Assembly (NCBI GenBank): GCA_963676565.1
Contig: OY781089.1
Span: 512,001 to 576,000 of the forward strand
DNA length: 64,000 nucleotides
Direction of reading: 5' to 3'
Source: Halarcobacter sp.
GTDB lineage: Bacteria; Campylobacterota; Campylobacteria; Campylobacterales; Arcobacteraceae
The notes below the pieces were generated by a model. That model was given only the letters and a program-made list of their open reading frames with translations. It had not been told where the DNA came from and made no database searches. Shown here one piece after another: positions 30,630 to 39,587 of this stretch (positions are counted from its first letter, which is position 1; each line of letters begins with the position of its first letter). The translations under genes and the position numbers were made by a program.

Positions 30630-32093
30630 TTAACAAGAACTACAAACATCAAGCTCTTTAATAGCCCTTGTATCATCAGGTCTACAAACACCTAATGTTT
30701 TTGGAAACTCTTTAAAAGCACTTGCATCTTCATGTGCTAACTTAACAGCCTCAATCATCCGGTCACAGAACTCATCTAAAGTCTCTTTATTTTCAGTTTC
30801 TGTTGGTTCTATCATAATTGCTTCTTTTACAATTAATGGGAAATAAACTGTAGGTGCATGAAGACCAAAATCAAGTAAATATTTTGCAATATCCATAGCG
30901 GTAACCTTATTCTCTTTTGCTAAAGTTTTAGCAGAGAATACACACTCATGCATACATAAAGTATCATATGGAGTATCTAAATGCTCTCTTAGTCTTGCTC
31001 TTATATAGTTTGCATTTAAAACAGCTTTAGAACTTGCGTTTTTCATCCCATTTCCACCTAAAACTGTCATATAAGCTAAGGCTCTTAAGCTAATTCCATA
31101 GTTTCCAAAAAATGGTGAAATTTTACCAATAGAATCAGCTCCACCTGAAGTAAATTCATAAACACCATCAACTTTACAGATCCCTAAGTCTGGTAAAAAT
31201 GGTTTTAATTTTTCATTTACTCCAACAGGACCCGAACCAGGACCTCCACCACCATGCGGCGTTGCAAATGTTTTATGAACATTAATGTGAATAACATCAA
31301 ATCCAATATCTCCTGGACGTGCAACTCCCATAATAGCATTCATATTTGCTCCATCATAATACATCATTGCATCATATTCATGGGCTAAATCACAAATCTC
31401 TTTAATTCTTTTATTATAAATTCCAAGTGTATTTGGAACAGTAAGCATAACAGCTGCTACCTCATCAGACATTTTTGCTTTAAAAGCATCAAAATCCATT
31501 GCACCATTTTCATCTGATTTAATAGTAATAACCTCATATCCAACCATTGCAGCAGTTGCTGGATTTGTTCCATGGGAAGAATCAGGAACAATTACATATT
31601 TTCTTTTATTTCCTTTGCTTTCATGATATTTTTCAATCATCATAATTCCAAGCATTTCACCATGGGCTCCTGCTTGTGGAGTAGTTGTAAAAGCTTTCAT
31701 ACCAGTTACTGCACAAAGCTTCTGTTCTAATTCATCAATAACTTGTAATGCCCCTTGAACATCCTCATTCATGTTATTTGTAACTAAATGTGGGTGAATA
31801 GATGAAAATCCTTCTAAACTAGCTACTTTTTCAGCTATTTTTGGATTATACTTCATAGTACAAGAGCCAAGAGGATAAAAGTTTTTATCGATTGCAAAGT
31901 TTTTAGTTGAAAGATTTGTAAAATGTCTAATCACATCAAACTCACTAAGCTCTGGTAATCCTGCTTTTCGTTCCCTTAATAATTTCTCATCAAGTTTTAC
32001 CTTTGGAACATCAAGTTTTGGCAAAGGAATACCATCTCTTCCCTCTACACTTTTATCAAATATTGTTTTGGGTTTCATATTTATAATACTCAT
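30630..32093 (-). CDS. gcvPB: Glycine decarboxylase subunit 2
   Basis: YPLGSCTMKYNP, HGTNPATA, HINVHKTF.TPHGGGGPG, IEPTETE. Confidence 0.95.
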   Translation of the reverse strand: MSIINMKPKTIFDKSVEGRDGIPLPKLDVPKVKLDEKLLRERKAGLPELSEFDVIRHFTNLSTKNFAIDKNFYPLGSCTMKYNPKIAEKVASLEGFSSIHPHLVTNNMNEDVQGALQVIDELEQKLCAVTGMKAFTTTPQAGAHGEMLGIMMIEKYHESKGNKRKYVIVPDSSHGTNPATAAMVGYEVITIKSDENGAMDFDAFKAKMSDEVAAVMLTVPNTLGIYNKRIKEICDLAHEYDAMMYYDGANMNAIMGVARPGDIGFDVIHINVHKTFATPHGGGGPGSGPVGVNEKLKPFLPDLGICKVDGVYEFTSGGADSIGKISPFFGNYGISLRALAYMTVLGGNGMKNASSKAVLNANYIRARLREHLDTPYDTLCMHECVFSAKTLAKENKVTAMDIAKYLLDFGLHAPTVYFPLIVKEAIMIEPTETENKETLDEFCDRMIEAVKLAHEDASAFKEFPKTLGVCRPDDTRAIKELDVCSSC

Positions 32094-33421
32094 ATTACTT
32101 CTCCTAAGGCACTTGCAAACGCATCCATTTGCTCTTTTGTTCTTTTTTCAGTAACAGATACTAAAATTGCATTTTCTAAACCTTCATAAATATTTCCAAG
32201 ATTTATACCTGCATAAAAACCTTTATTGCTCATTTGTTCAATTACATCTGTTGCATCACATGGTGTTTTTATTACAAACTCATTAAATGTAGGAGACTCA
32301 TTTAAAATCTCAACACCTTTTATACTTGAAAGTTTTTCTCTTAGGTATTCAGCCTTACTATAATTTGTAGTTGCTAATTCTTCAAAACCTTCACGTCCTA
32401 CTAAAGAGATAAATATAGTACTTCTTAAGGCCAATAGATTTTGATTTGAACAAATATTTGAAGTTGCTCTATGTCTTCTAATATGTTGCTCCCTTGCTTG
32501 CATTGTTAATACAAACATCTCTTTGCCATCTTTATCTAAAGTTCTACCTATAATTCTTCCAGGTAAATCTCTAATGTAAGCCTGCTTTGTAGCAATCATC
32601 CCAAATGATGGTCCACCAAATGATAAATAGTTCCCTAAACATTGTCCATCTGCACTTACAATATCAACACCCATACTTCCTGGGTCTTTTAAAACTCCTA
32701 AAGAGATAGGATAAGCAGACATTACAGCTAAAGCCTTATTTTCATGAAGCTTTTCTATAATAGTCTCAAAATCACCTATTGAACCAAAGAAATTAGGATT
32801 TTGGAAGAGATATCCACCAACACTATCATCTATTTTTTCTAATACAGTATCAAGGTTACTCTCAACACCATTTAAATCAATAACTTCAACTTCAATCTCT
32901 CTAAATTTTAAATATGTTTGAACCACTTTTATATATGTAGGATTTACCCCACCATCTATTAGTATTTTATTTTTTTTAGAGATTCTAACTGCCATTAAAG
33001 CTGATTCAGCTAAAGCTGTTGCACCATCATACATAGAGGCATTTGAAACATCCATACCAGTTAATTTACATACTAAACTTTGGTATTCATATAAAACTTG
33101 TAATGTACCTTGAGAAGCTTCTGCTTGATATGGAGTATAAGCTGTATAAAACTCTGATCTTCCCGCTAATGCATCAACTGCACTTGGAACTATATGGTCA
33201 TAGTAACCACCACCTAAAAACATAACCTTATCTGTAACATTTTTTGAAGATAGAGCTTTAAATTTTTCAAAAGTGGTAAACTCATCAACTCCGTCTTCTA
33301 TATCTAGTGATGAAACTCTTAAGTTACTTGGTACTTGGTCAAAAAGTTGTGATTCTTCTTCTAAGCCAATTACATCAAGCATCTGCTTAATTTCATTTTG
33401 CGTGTGGGGAGTATATGGCAT
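32090..33421 (-). CDS. gcvPA: Glycine decarboxylase subunit 1
   Basis: FYTAYTPYQAEASQG, NASMYDGA, REQHIRR..ATSNIC. Confidence 0.95.
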   Translation of the reverse strand: MPYTPHTQNEIKQMLDVIGLEEESQLFDQVPSNLRVSSLDIEDGVDEFTTFEKFKALSSKNVTDKVMFLGGGYYDHIVPSAVDALAGRSEFYTAYTPYQAEASQGTLQVLYEYQSLVCKLTGMDVSNASMYDGATALAESALMAVRISKKNKILIDGGVNPTYIKVVQTYLKFREIEVEVIDLNGVESNLDTVLEKIDDSVGGYLFQNPNFFGSIGDFETIIEKLHENKALAVMSAYPISLGVLKDPGSMGVDIVSADGQCLGNYLSFGGPSFGMIATKQAYIRDLPGRIIGRTLDKDGKEMFVLTMQAREQHIRRHRATSNICSNQNLLALRSTIFISLVGREGFEELATTNYSKAEYLREKLSSIKGVEILNESPTFNEFVIKTPCDATDVIEQMSNKGFYAGINLGNIYEGLENAILVSVTEKRTKEQMDAFASALGEVI

Positions 33422-33429
33422 TTTATCTC

Positions 33430-33795
33430 CTATAGTGAACTTGTATATTCGTCATAAGCAGCTTGATCCATAAGTTCCTCAAGCTCACTCTCATCTGAAA
33501 GTTCTAATTTAAAAACCCAATTTGCATTTGCATCTTGATTTAGAATCTCTGGTGTATCTAAAAGTGATTCATTTACTTCTATGATTTTCCCTGATATTGG
33601 TGTATATATATCACTTGCAGCTTTTACAGACTCAACAAAAGCAGCACTATCTCCAGCACCAAACTCATCATCAATTTCTGGTAATTCTAAAAATGTGATA
33701 TCCCCTAACTGCTCAATAGCATATTCTGAAATTCCAACTGTACCAATATTTCCTTCAACTGTTACCCACTCGTGCTCTTCACTAAATTTTTGCAT
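33430..33795 (-). CDS. gcvH: Glycine cleavage H protein
   Basis: HEWV, LGDI, VESVKAASD lipoyl-Lys motif. Confidence 0.95.
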   Translation of the reverse strand: MQKFSEEHEWVTVEGNIGTVGISEYAIEQLGDITFLELPEIDDEFGAGDSAAFVESVKAASDIYTPISGKIIEVNESLLDTPEILNQDANANWVFKLELSDESELEELMDQAAYDEYTSSL

Positions 33796-33810
33796 TTCTC
33801 TCTCCTAATC

Positions 33811-34890
33811 TTATTTTTTTATAAATGGTAATGAGGCTTTATTTGCTTCAATAGCACCTCTTTTGTCTCGAAGTTCAAATGATTTTTCACCATCAAAACT
33901 ATCAACATCAATCATTGCTAAGCCAATTCCAACATTTAGTGTTGGAGAAAAAGCAGCTGAAGTTACAAAACCAATTTTTTTATCATCTTGATATACTTCA
34001 AAATCTTTTCTAGCACTTCTTCTTGAAGTAGTTTTAAAAGGGATTAACAATCTTTTTAAACCATTATCTTTTTGTTTTTCTAATGCATCACGTCCAGCAT
34101 AATCTCTTTTTAGATTTATAAACATTGAAAGGTTTGCTTCAAGTGGAGTTATCTCTTCAGTTAAATCATTTCCATATAAACTATAACCCATCTCAAGTCT
34201 TAAGGCATCCCTTGCTCCAAGACCAGCTGGTTTTACCCCATCATTTATAAGTGCATCCCAAATTTTTACACTTGTTTTATCATCAATATAAAGTTCAAAC
34301 CCTAATTCACCTGTGTAACCTGTTCTACTTAAAAGACAATCTTCTCCAAAGATTTTTGTTTGAACAAATGAGAAAAATTTTAAATCGTCTAAATTTATAT
34401 CGAAATATTTTTGTAAGACTTGTTTTGAGTTTGGGCCTTGAACATCAAGTTTTGCAGTTTCTTTTGACCTATCATCAAGTGTTCCAGTTTTAAGTCTGCT
34501 TGTAATTGTTTTAAAATCAAGTGCAGCCCTTGAAGCATTTACAACTATCATAAGTTCATCATCTGATAATCTATAAATGATTAAATCATCAATTACACCA
34601 CCTTGGTCATTTAGTAAAAATCCATATTTACATTTACCAATATTTAGTGCATCTATATTTATTGAAGTTGCCTCATTTATACCTGAAGTTACTATATCAC
34701 CTTTGAAGAAGAACTCCCCCATATGAGAAGTATCAAATAGCGCTACATCGTTTCTACAGTACCCATGTTCAGCTAAGATTCCATCAAACTGTATTGGCAT
34801 CTCCCAACCAGCAAAGGGAACCATTTTACACTTTATTTCAAGCTGTTTTTCATAAAGTGGGGTTCTTAATAATGTTTCTTCCATATTCAC
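33811..34890 (-). CDS. gcvT: Aminomethyltransferase (glycine cleavage T protein)
   Basis: FAGWEMP, FDTSHMG, SRTGYTGE.GFE, GLGARDALRLEMG. Confidence 0.96.
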   Translation of the reverse strand: MNMEETLLRTPLYEKQLEIKCKMVPFAGWEMPIQFDGILAEHGYCRNDVALFDTSHMGEFFFKGDIVTSGINEATSINIDALNIGKCKYGFLLNDQGGVIDDLIIYRLSDDELMIVVNASRAALDFKTITSRLKTGTLDDRSKETAKLDVQGPNSKQVLQKYFDINLDDLKFFSFVQTKIFGEDCLLSRTGYTGELGFELYIDDKTSVKIWDALINDGVKPAGLGARDALRLEMGYSLYGNDLTEEITPLEANLSMFINLKRDYAGRDALEKQKDNGLKRLLIPFKTTSRRSARKDFEVYQDDKKIGFVTSAAFSPTLNVGIGLAMIDVDSFDGEKSFELRDKRGAIEANKASLPFIKK

Positions 34891-34991
34891 CCTTTTAAAA
34901 ATATTTATATGAATATTTTAAAGGACAAAAGGGGCAAAAAAGTATCAAAATTTTCTTGATTTTAGAATTTACTGTATATTTTTTAGTACAA

Positions 34992-36662
34992 TTATTTCAA
35001 AACTTTTATAGTAAATAATGCTCCATTTTCAAAATTTCTAACATTTATAAAACCTTGCATATTTCTCTCAATAATATTTTTAGCCATATAAAGCCCAATG
35101 CCTGTTCCTTGTGTTTTGTGCCTAGTTGTAAAATATGGCTCAAAAATTTTATCTAGAATACTTTTTTCTACCCCACCAGCATTATCTTGAATTTTTACAA
35201 TAGAATAATTTTCTCCTACTTTTATCTCTATCTTTATTTTTGGACTTTTTATTTTTCTCTCTAAGAAAATGTCTTTTGCATTACTTAATATATTCAAAAT
35301 AACTTGTGAGTATTCATTTTTATATCCTAGAACTTCACTATCTTCAATAACATCAAATTCTAAATTTATACCATGATATTTCAATGATGATTCAATGATA
35401 TAAAAGGCATCTTCACAAGCTTTTTTTATAGAGAAAAATTCTTTTTCACCTTGAGGTTTAAAGAAGTTTTGAAAATCATTTATTGTTTGAGACATATATG
35501 AAGTTAAAGTATTTGCTTCTTTTATCTTTTCATCAAGATATTTTTTATCAAATTTGTTGAAATCATATGTTACTTTCATATTCATATGAATCGCAGATAT
35601 TTGTGCAAGTGGCTGTCTCCATTGATGGGCAATATTTCCAATCATCTCTCCCATTGAGGCTAATTTTGATTGTTGTATTAATATTTGTTCCTGTTCTAAT
35701 CTTTGGTCTATCTCTCGTTGTATTTTATCCTCTAAATTTTCAATCATATCATTTATCATGATTTTTAATTCATTTAATGATTCATTATTTGTTTCTTGAT
35801 TAATTCTAGTTCCTAGATTTCCACATTTTATATTTTCAAGTATCTTTGTAGCATCTTTAATTAAAGCTTCATTTTGTTCAATATTATTACTAATTAATTG
35901 AACATTTTCATTGATTATTGTTGCCATTTGCTTAAACTCATCTTCTGTACTTAATTCAATTTTACTAACCTTGGTTTTTTTATCATTTAAGTACTTAAAA
36001 AAATCATTTAATCCATTTTGAACTTTGTAAATTGAGTTTAAAATATTACTTGAAATTAGCCATCCTATAATCACTGCAAAAGAAAAAAGTATGGCAATAC
36101 TTAAAAATATTTCTAACTTAATCTCTTTTGTTTTTGTAACTGCATCGTTATATGCAATACTTGAATTGTTTAAAGAGGTTTTTTGAAGATTTAAAAGTTC
36201 AATTATTAATAAATCAAATTGTTTTTTATTGATAGTAGTTACATTAATATATGCGCCCTCCTCAAACTCTTCATCTAAATATTGTTTTGTTTGATGAATA
36301 TGTTTTTTGTAACTCTCCCACATCTCAAAAATCTTGAGACTAAATCTTTTAATATTTTTAAAGTTCTTGTCTAAATCGAGTTCAATCTTATTTATATCCT
36401 CTTCAATTTTTCTTCTTATTTGTTTATTGGGTGCCATAACTAAGGATTGATTTAACTGTCTTAAACTATATAAAGGAGTAATAACATTGTTTTGTAAAGA
36501 TAAAACAGCTTGAGACTTACTATGAACCTCTTTTAAAGTATTTTTATTATCTTCACTAATAACTATTGTTTTATATCCTAATATAGCAATTGATACACAT
36601 AAAATAAGAAATAAAATTCCTAATTTTATTTTAATATTCATTTTTTTTATAAATTTAATCAT
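34992..36662 (-). CDS. Sensor histidine kinase with four-helix-bundle-like periplasmic domain
   Basis: Two TMs, GNIAHQWRQPL, DNAGG, FEPYFTT, GTGIGLY. Confidence 0.9.
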   Translation of the reverse strand: MIKFIKKMNIKIKLGILFLILCVSIAILGYKTIVISEDNKNTLKEVHSKSQAVLSLQNNVITPLYSLRQLNQSLVMAPNKQIRRKIEEDINKIELDLDKNFKNIKRFSLKIFEMWESYKKHIHQTKQYLDEEFEEGAYINVTTINKKQFDLLIIELLNLQKTSLNNSSIAYNDAVTKTKEIKLEIFLSIAILFSFAVIIGWLISSNILNSIYKVQNGLNDFFKYLNDKKTKVSKIELSTEDEFKQMATIINENVQLISNNIEQNEALIKDATKILENIKCGNLGTRINQETNNESLNELKIMINDMIENLEDKIQREIDQRLEQEQILIQQSKLASMGEMIGNIAHQWRQPLAQISAIHMNMKVTYDFNKFDKKYLDEKIKEANTLTSYMSQTINDFQNFFKPQGEKEFFSIKKACEDAFYIIESSLKYHGINLEFDVIEDSEVLGYKNEYSQVILNILSNAKDIFLERKIKSPKIKIEIKVGENYSIVKIQDNAGGVEKSILDKIFEPYFTTRHKTQGTGIGLYMAKNIIERNMQGFINVRNFENGALFTIKVLK

Positions 36663-36663
36663 C

Positions 36664-38319
36664 TTAAAATCTTTTTGGTTTTATGGCTTTTTTTAAATCA
36701 TTAGGGTAGTTTTTTTCTTCTCTAACAGACCAATGATTTTTACTGATTTCTATTTCCCAAAGTGGAATAATACCACCTTGGTAAGGCTTGTAAATAAGCT
36801 CTTTATTAACTGCAATCACTTTATTTAAAGATGGTACTCTTAATGTATAAGCTTCTTCTCTAGCTTGAAATAAAATATTTTTTACAACCTCTTTAAATTC
36901 CTGACTATTTTGTTTTGTAATAAAATATTTTTGAATATATTCTTGCATTTTTTCATCTTTTGGAATTGTTGACCAAACACTATTATTTTCATAAATAAAA
37001 AATACCGTCCAAGGATTTTGATAATACCAGTCATCATCTCCCCAAACTAAAATATCCCACTTTTGTGTATTTTTATTCTTATTGGTATTAAGTAATTGCT
37101 TATATATATCTTTTTCACTTGTCGTGATTTTGTAATTGAATTTAACCCCATATTTTTTTAATTGATATTCAATGCCTTTCAATAAGAATAAAAATCTATC
37201 TTGGGTAAAAATCTCTAATTCTAATCCATTTAATAGTTTATTAATTTGGTTTTGAGATAATTTTTTTTCATTTATTATATATTCATTAGCAATTTCTTCA
37301 ACAACTTTATAATTTATTGATGTCGTAAAAGGGGAAACTCTACCTTCATTTTTATAAACAAAATTAAGTAAATTTTCTTGATTTAAGGCCTGATTTAAAG
37401 CAACTCTTACCTCTTTTTTTAAAAGCTTTTTATTTCCATTTATTAAATTAAAAAAAAGTACAAAATTATCTGTCGATTTTGAAACAATAAGTTTTGAATA
37501 AGGGGATAAAATAATTTCAAGTTTTTTATTAAATGGGATTGGCATTAAATCTAATTTCCCCTCATTTTTTGTAATATCTTCAATTGCTTTATTTATATCA
37601 AGTTGTGTATAAACTGTTATATTTTTTATTTTGGGGTAATTTTTATTCCAATAATAGGGGTTAGCAATTAATTCAATTTTATTTGTTTGTTTATCCCCTA
37701 GTGCATAACCACTTTTTATAATATATGGTCCCATTCCAAATTCCCCTGCAACTTTATTCGCAGTTCCAGTTTCTCCACCAACAGGATTATAGTATTGAAT
37801 ATACTCTTTTGTATAAAAATATACCCTTGCTAGGTCAGTTAAAAACATCTCATACTTTTGTTTTAATACAATTTTTAAATGTCTTTCATCTACTTTAAAA
37901 ACATCAAAATCTATTTTGTTAATATTTGTATATAAAAAAGGATTCTTCTTAAAAAAATTAAGATTATAAATAGCATCTTCTATTGTAAAATCTTCTCCAT
38001 TTTGGAATTTTAGATTTTCCCTAAATTCAAAAATATAAGTAAAATCATCAACTCTTTTATGACTTTTTGCTAAATCATATACCCAACCTTTTTCATTATC
38101 ATAAGATCTAATAAGACCTGCATTTGTAGCTTTTGCAATATATGAATATGGAATTGATGGTAAAAATATATTTATATGGGATTTTGGATGAAGCTTTGAT
38201 GCTATATTTTTTGAAGAGCTATCTTCTCTAAACTCAAACTCTTTTACAACATGAGATGAAGCTTCTAAATAAATAGTTAAAATTAAAATAGAAGATATTA
38301 GTTTAAAGATTTTAAACAA
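36664..38319 (-). CDS. Family-5-like periplasmic solute-binding protein lying between regulator and kinase
   Basis: Signal peptide, YIFEFRENLKFQNGEDFT, GMGPY, ANPYYW, EVRVALNQA; no permease or ATPase adjacent. Confidence 0.78.
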   Translation of the reverse strand: MFKIFKLISSILILTIYLEASSHVVKEFEFREDSSSKNIASKLHPKSHINIFLPSIPYSYIAKATNAGLIRSYDNEKGWVYDLAKSHKRVDDFTYIFEFRENLKFQNGEDFTIEDAIYNLNFFKKNPFLYTNINKIDFDVFKVDERHLKIVLKQKYEMFLTDLARVYFYTKEYIQYYNPVGGETGTANKVAGEFGMGPYIIKSGYALGDKQTNKIELIANPYYWNKNYPKIKNITVYTQLDINKAIEDITKNEGKLDLMPIPFNKKLEIILSPYSKLIVSKSTDNFVLFFNLINGNKKLLKKEVRVALNQALNQENLLNFVYKNEGRVSPFTTSINYKVVEEIANEYIINEKKLSQNQINKLLNGLELEIFTQDRFLFLLKGIEYQLKKYGVKFNYKITTSEKDIYKQLLNTNKNKNTQKWDILVWGDDDWYYQNPWTVFFIYENNSVWSTIPKDEKMQEYIQKYFITKQNSQEFKEVVKNILFQAREEAYTLRVPSLNKVIAVNKELIYKPYQGGIIPLWEIEISKNHWSVREEKNYPNDLKKAIKPKRF

Positions 38320-38998
38320 AACGATATCCTGAACCAGAGAGATTCATAATTATATCAGTTGGAAGTTTTTTTCTAAGATTTCTAACAAGTGAACGTAAAG
38401 CACTATCAGTCATAATATCATCACCCCAAACTTTTTCTTGAAGTTCTTCATAACTAGTAATTCTATTTTGGTTTTTTATCAAAACTTCAAAAAAAAGCAT
38501 CTCTTTTTTATTTAAAACAACTATCTCATCTTTATAATACAATTGTTTTTTATCAAAATCATAACTATAATTTTCATCACTTTTTAACTTAGTAACTTTA
38601 TTTATCTCAAGTAAATTTACACAAGACTCTAAAACTTCAAATAAAGGTTCTAATTCAACTGGTTTTACCAAATATTTTTCCATATGTAGCTCAACTGCTT
38701 CCATAAGATATTTTTTATCTGTATGGGCAGTTATCATAACTACAGGTGTTTGCCTATCTATTTTCCTAATTTTTTTTACAAGGTCAATGCCATTTAACAA
38801 GGGCATATGAATATCGCTAAAAATAATGTCAGGTTTTTTTTCATTATAAAGTTCAAAGGCTTCTACACCATTTGAAGCTTCAAAGACTTCTTTTACATAG
38901 TATTGTAAACTATCAGCAATATTTTTTCTTATACCCTCTTCATCTTCTGCATAAAGTATAGTTAATGTTTGTAATTTTTCTAATAACTCTTTTTGCAT
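38312..38998 (-). CDS. OmpR-family response regulator
   Basis: YAEDE, SDIHMP, ITAH, YLVKP, LRKKLP..GSGY. Confidence 0.9.
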   Translation of the reverse strand: MQKELLEKLQTLTILYAEDEEGIRKNIADSLQYYVKEVFEASNGVEAFELYNEKKPDIIFSDIHMPLLNGIDLVKKIRKIDRQTPVVMITAHTDKKYLMEAVELHMEKYLVKPVELEPLFEVLESCVNLLEINKVTKLKSDENYSYDFDKKQLYYKDEIVVLNKKEMLFFEVLIKNQNRITSYEELQEKVWGDDIMTDSALRSLVRNLRKKLPTDIIMNLSGSGYRFV

Positions 38999-39028
38999 AA
39001 TGACTCCTTGTAATGATTATATCAAATC

Positions 39029-39586
39029 TTAGTGAGAAGTTTTGATTAAACCATCTGATGCATTTGATTTTAAATATCTTAAAAGATATGCACTCTCTTC
39101 CTCGTCAAGTTTTGCAAAACCTTTCATAGGTGTAAATAGTGCTTCCCATTCAATCATAGTATGATGATTTACAACTTGTGCAGCATGACACTGGGTACAC
39201 ATTTCATAAAAAAACTCTTCATGTTCTTCCCAAACTTCTGCACCATTTTCAGTTAAATACTCCTTTTCAACCATTCCAACTAATTCAACTTGGTCAGAAT
39301 TTTTCTTACTTAATTTAAAACCCTCATCCATTTTTGCAATTAAAAGCTCTTTTTCTTTTGTTGAATATACATTGTTCCCATCAATAAACCCTTTTATTGA
39401 TACTTTTACCTCTTTATCCATATCCTTTAAAATCTGTACAGGAACACCAAGATAAAGTTCAACCATTTTTCCATCTTCACCTTTTAATTTTGTGTTTTGA
39501 AAGATGAATTGATTACTTGCACTTACTTGGGAAAAATACCCAAGTAAAATTGATACTAAAGTAAAAAGTTTAAATAAATTTTTCAT
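39029..39586 (-). CDS. Monohaem cytochrome c, electron donor to the adjacent molybdoenzyme (TorC C-terminal-like)
   Basis: Signal peptide from MKNLFK (39586), CTQCH, LLRYLKSNASD. Confidence 0.82.
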   Translation of the reverse strand: MKNLFKLFTLVSILLGYFSQVSASNQFIFQNTKLKGEDGKMVELYLGVPVQILKDMDKEVKVSIKGFIDGNNVYSTKEKELLIAKMDEGFKLSKKNSDQVELVGMVEKEYLTENGAEVWEEHEEFFYEMCTQCHAAQVVNHHTMIEWEALFTPMKGFAKLDEEESAYLLRYLKSNASDGLIKTSH

Positions 39587-39587
39587 A

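Noticed and set aside
34891..34991. Glycine riboswitch upstream of gcvT
   Set aside because: Only 101 bp, AT-rich, with no aptamer-like stems; the CAAAA repeats there are irregularly spaced.
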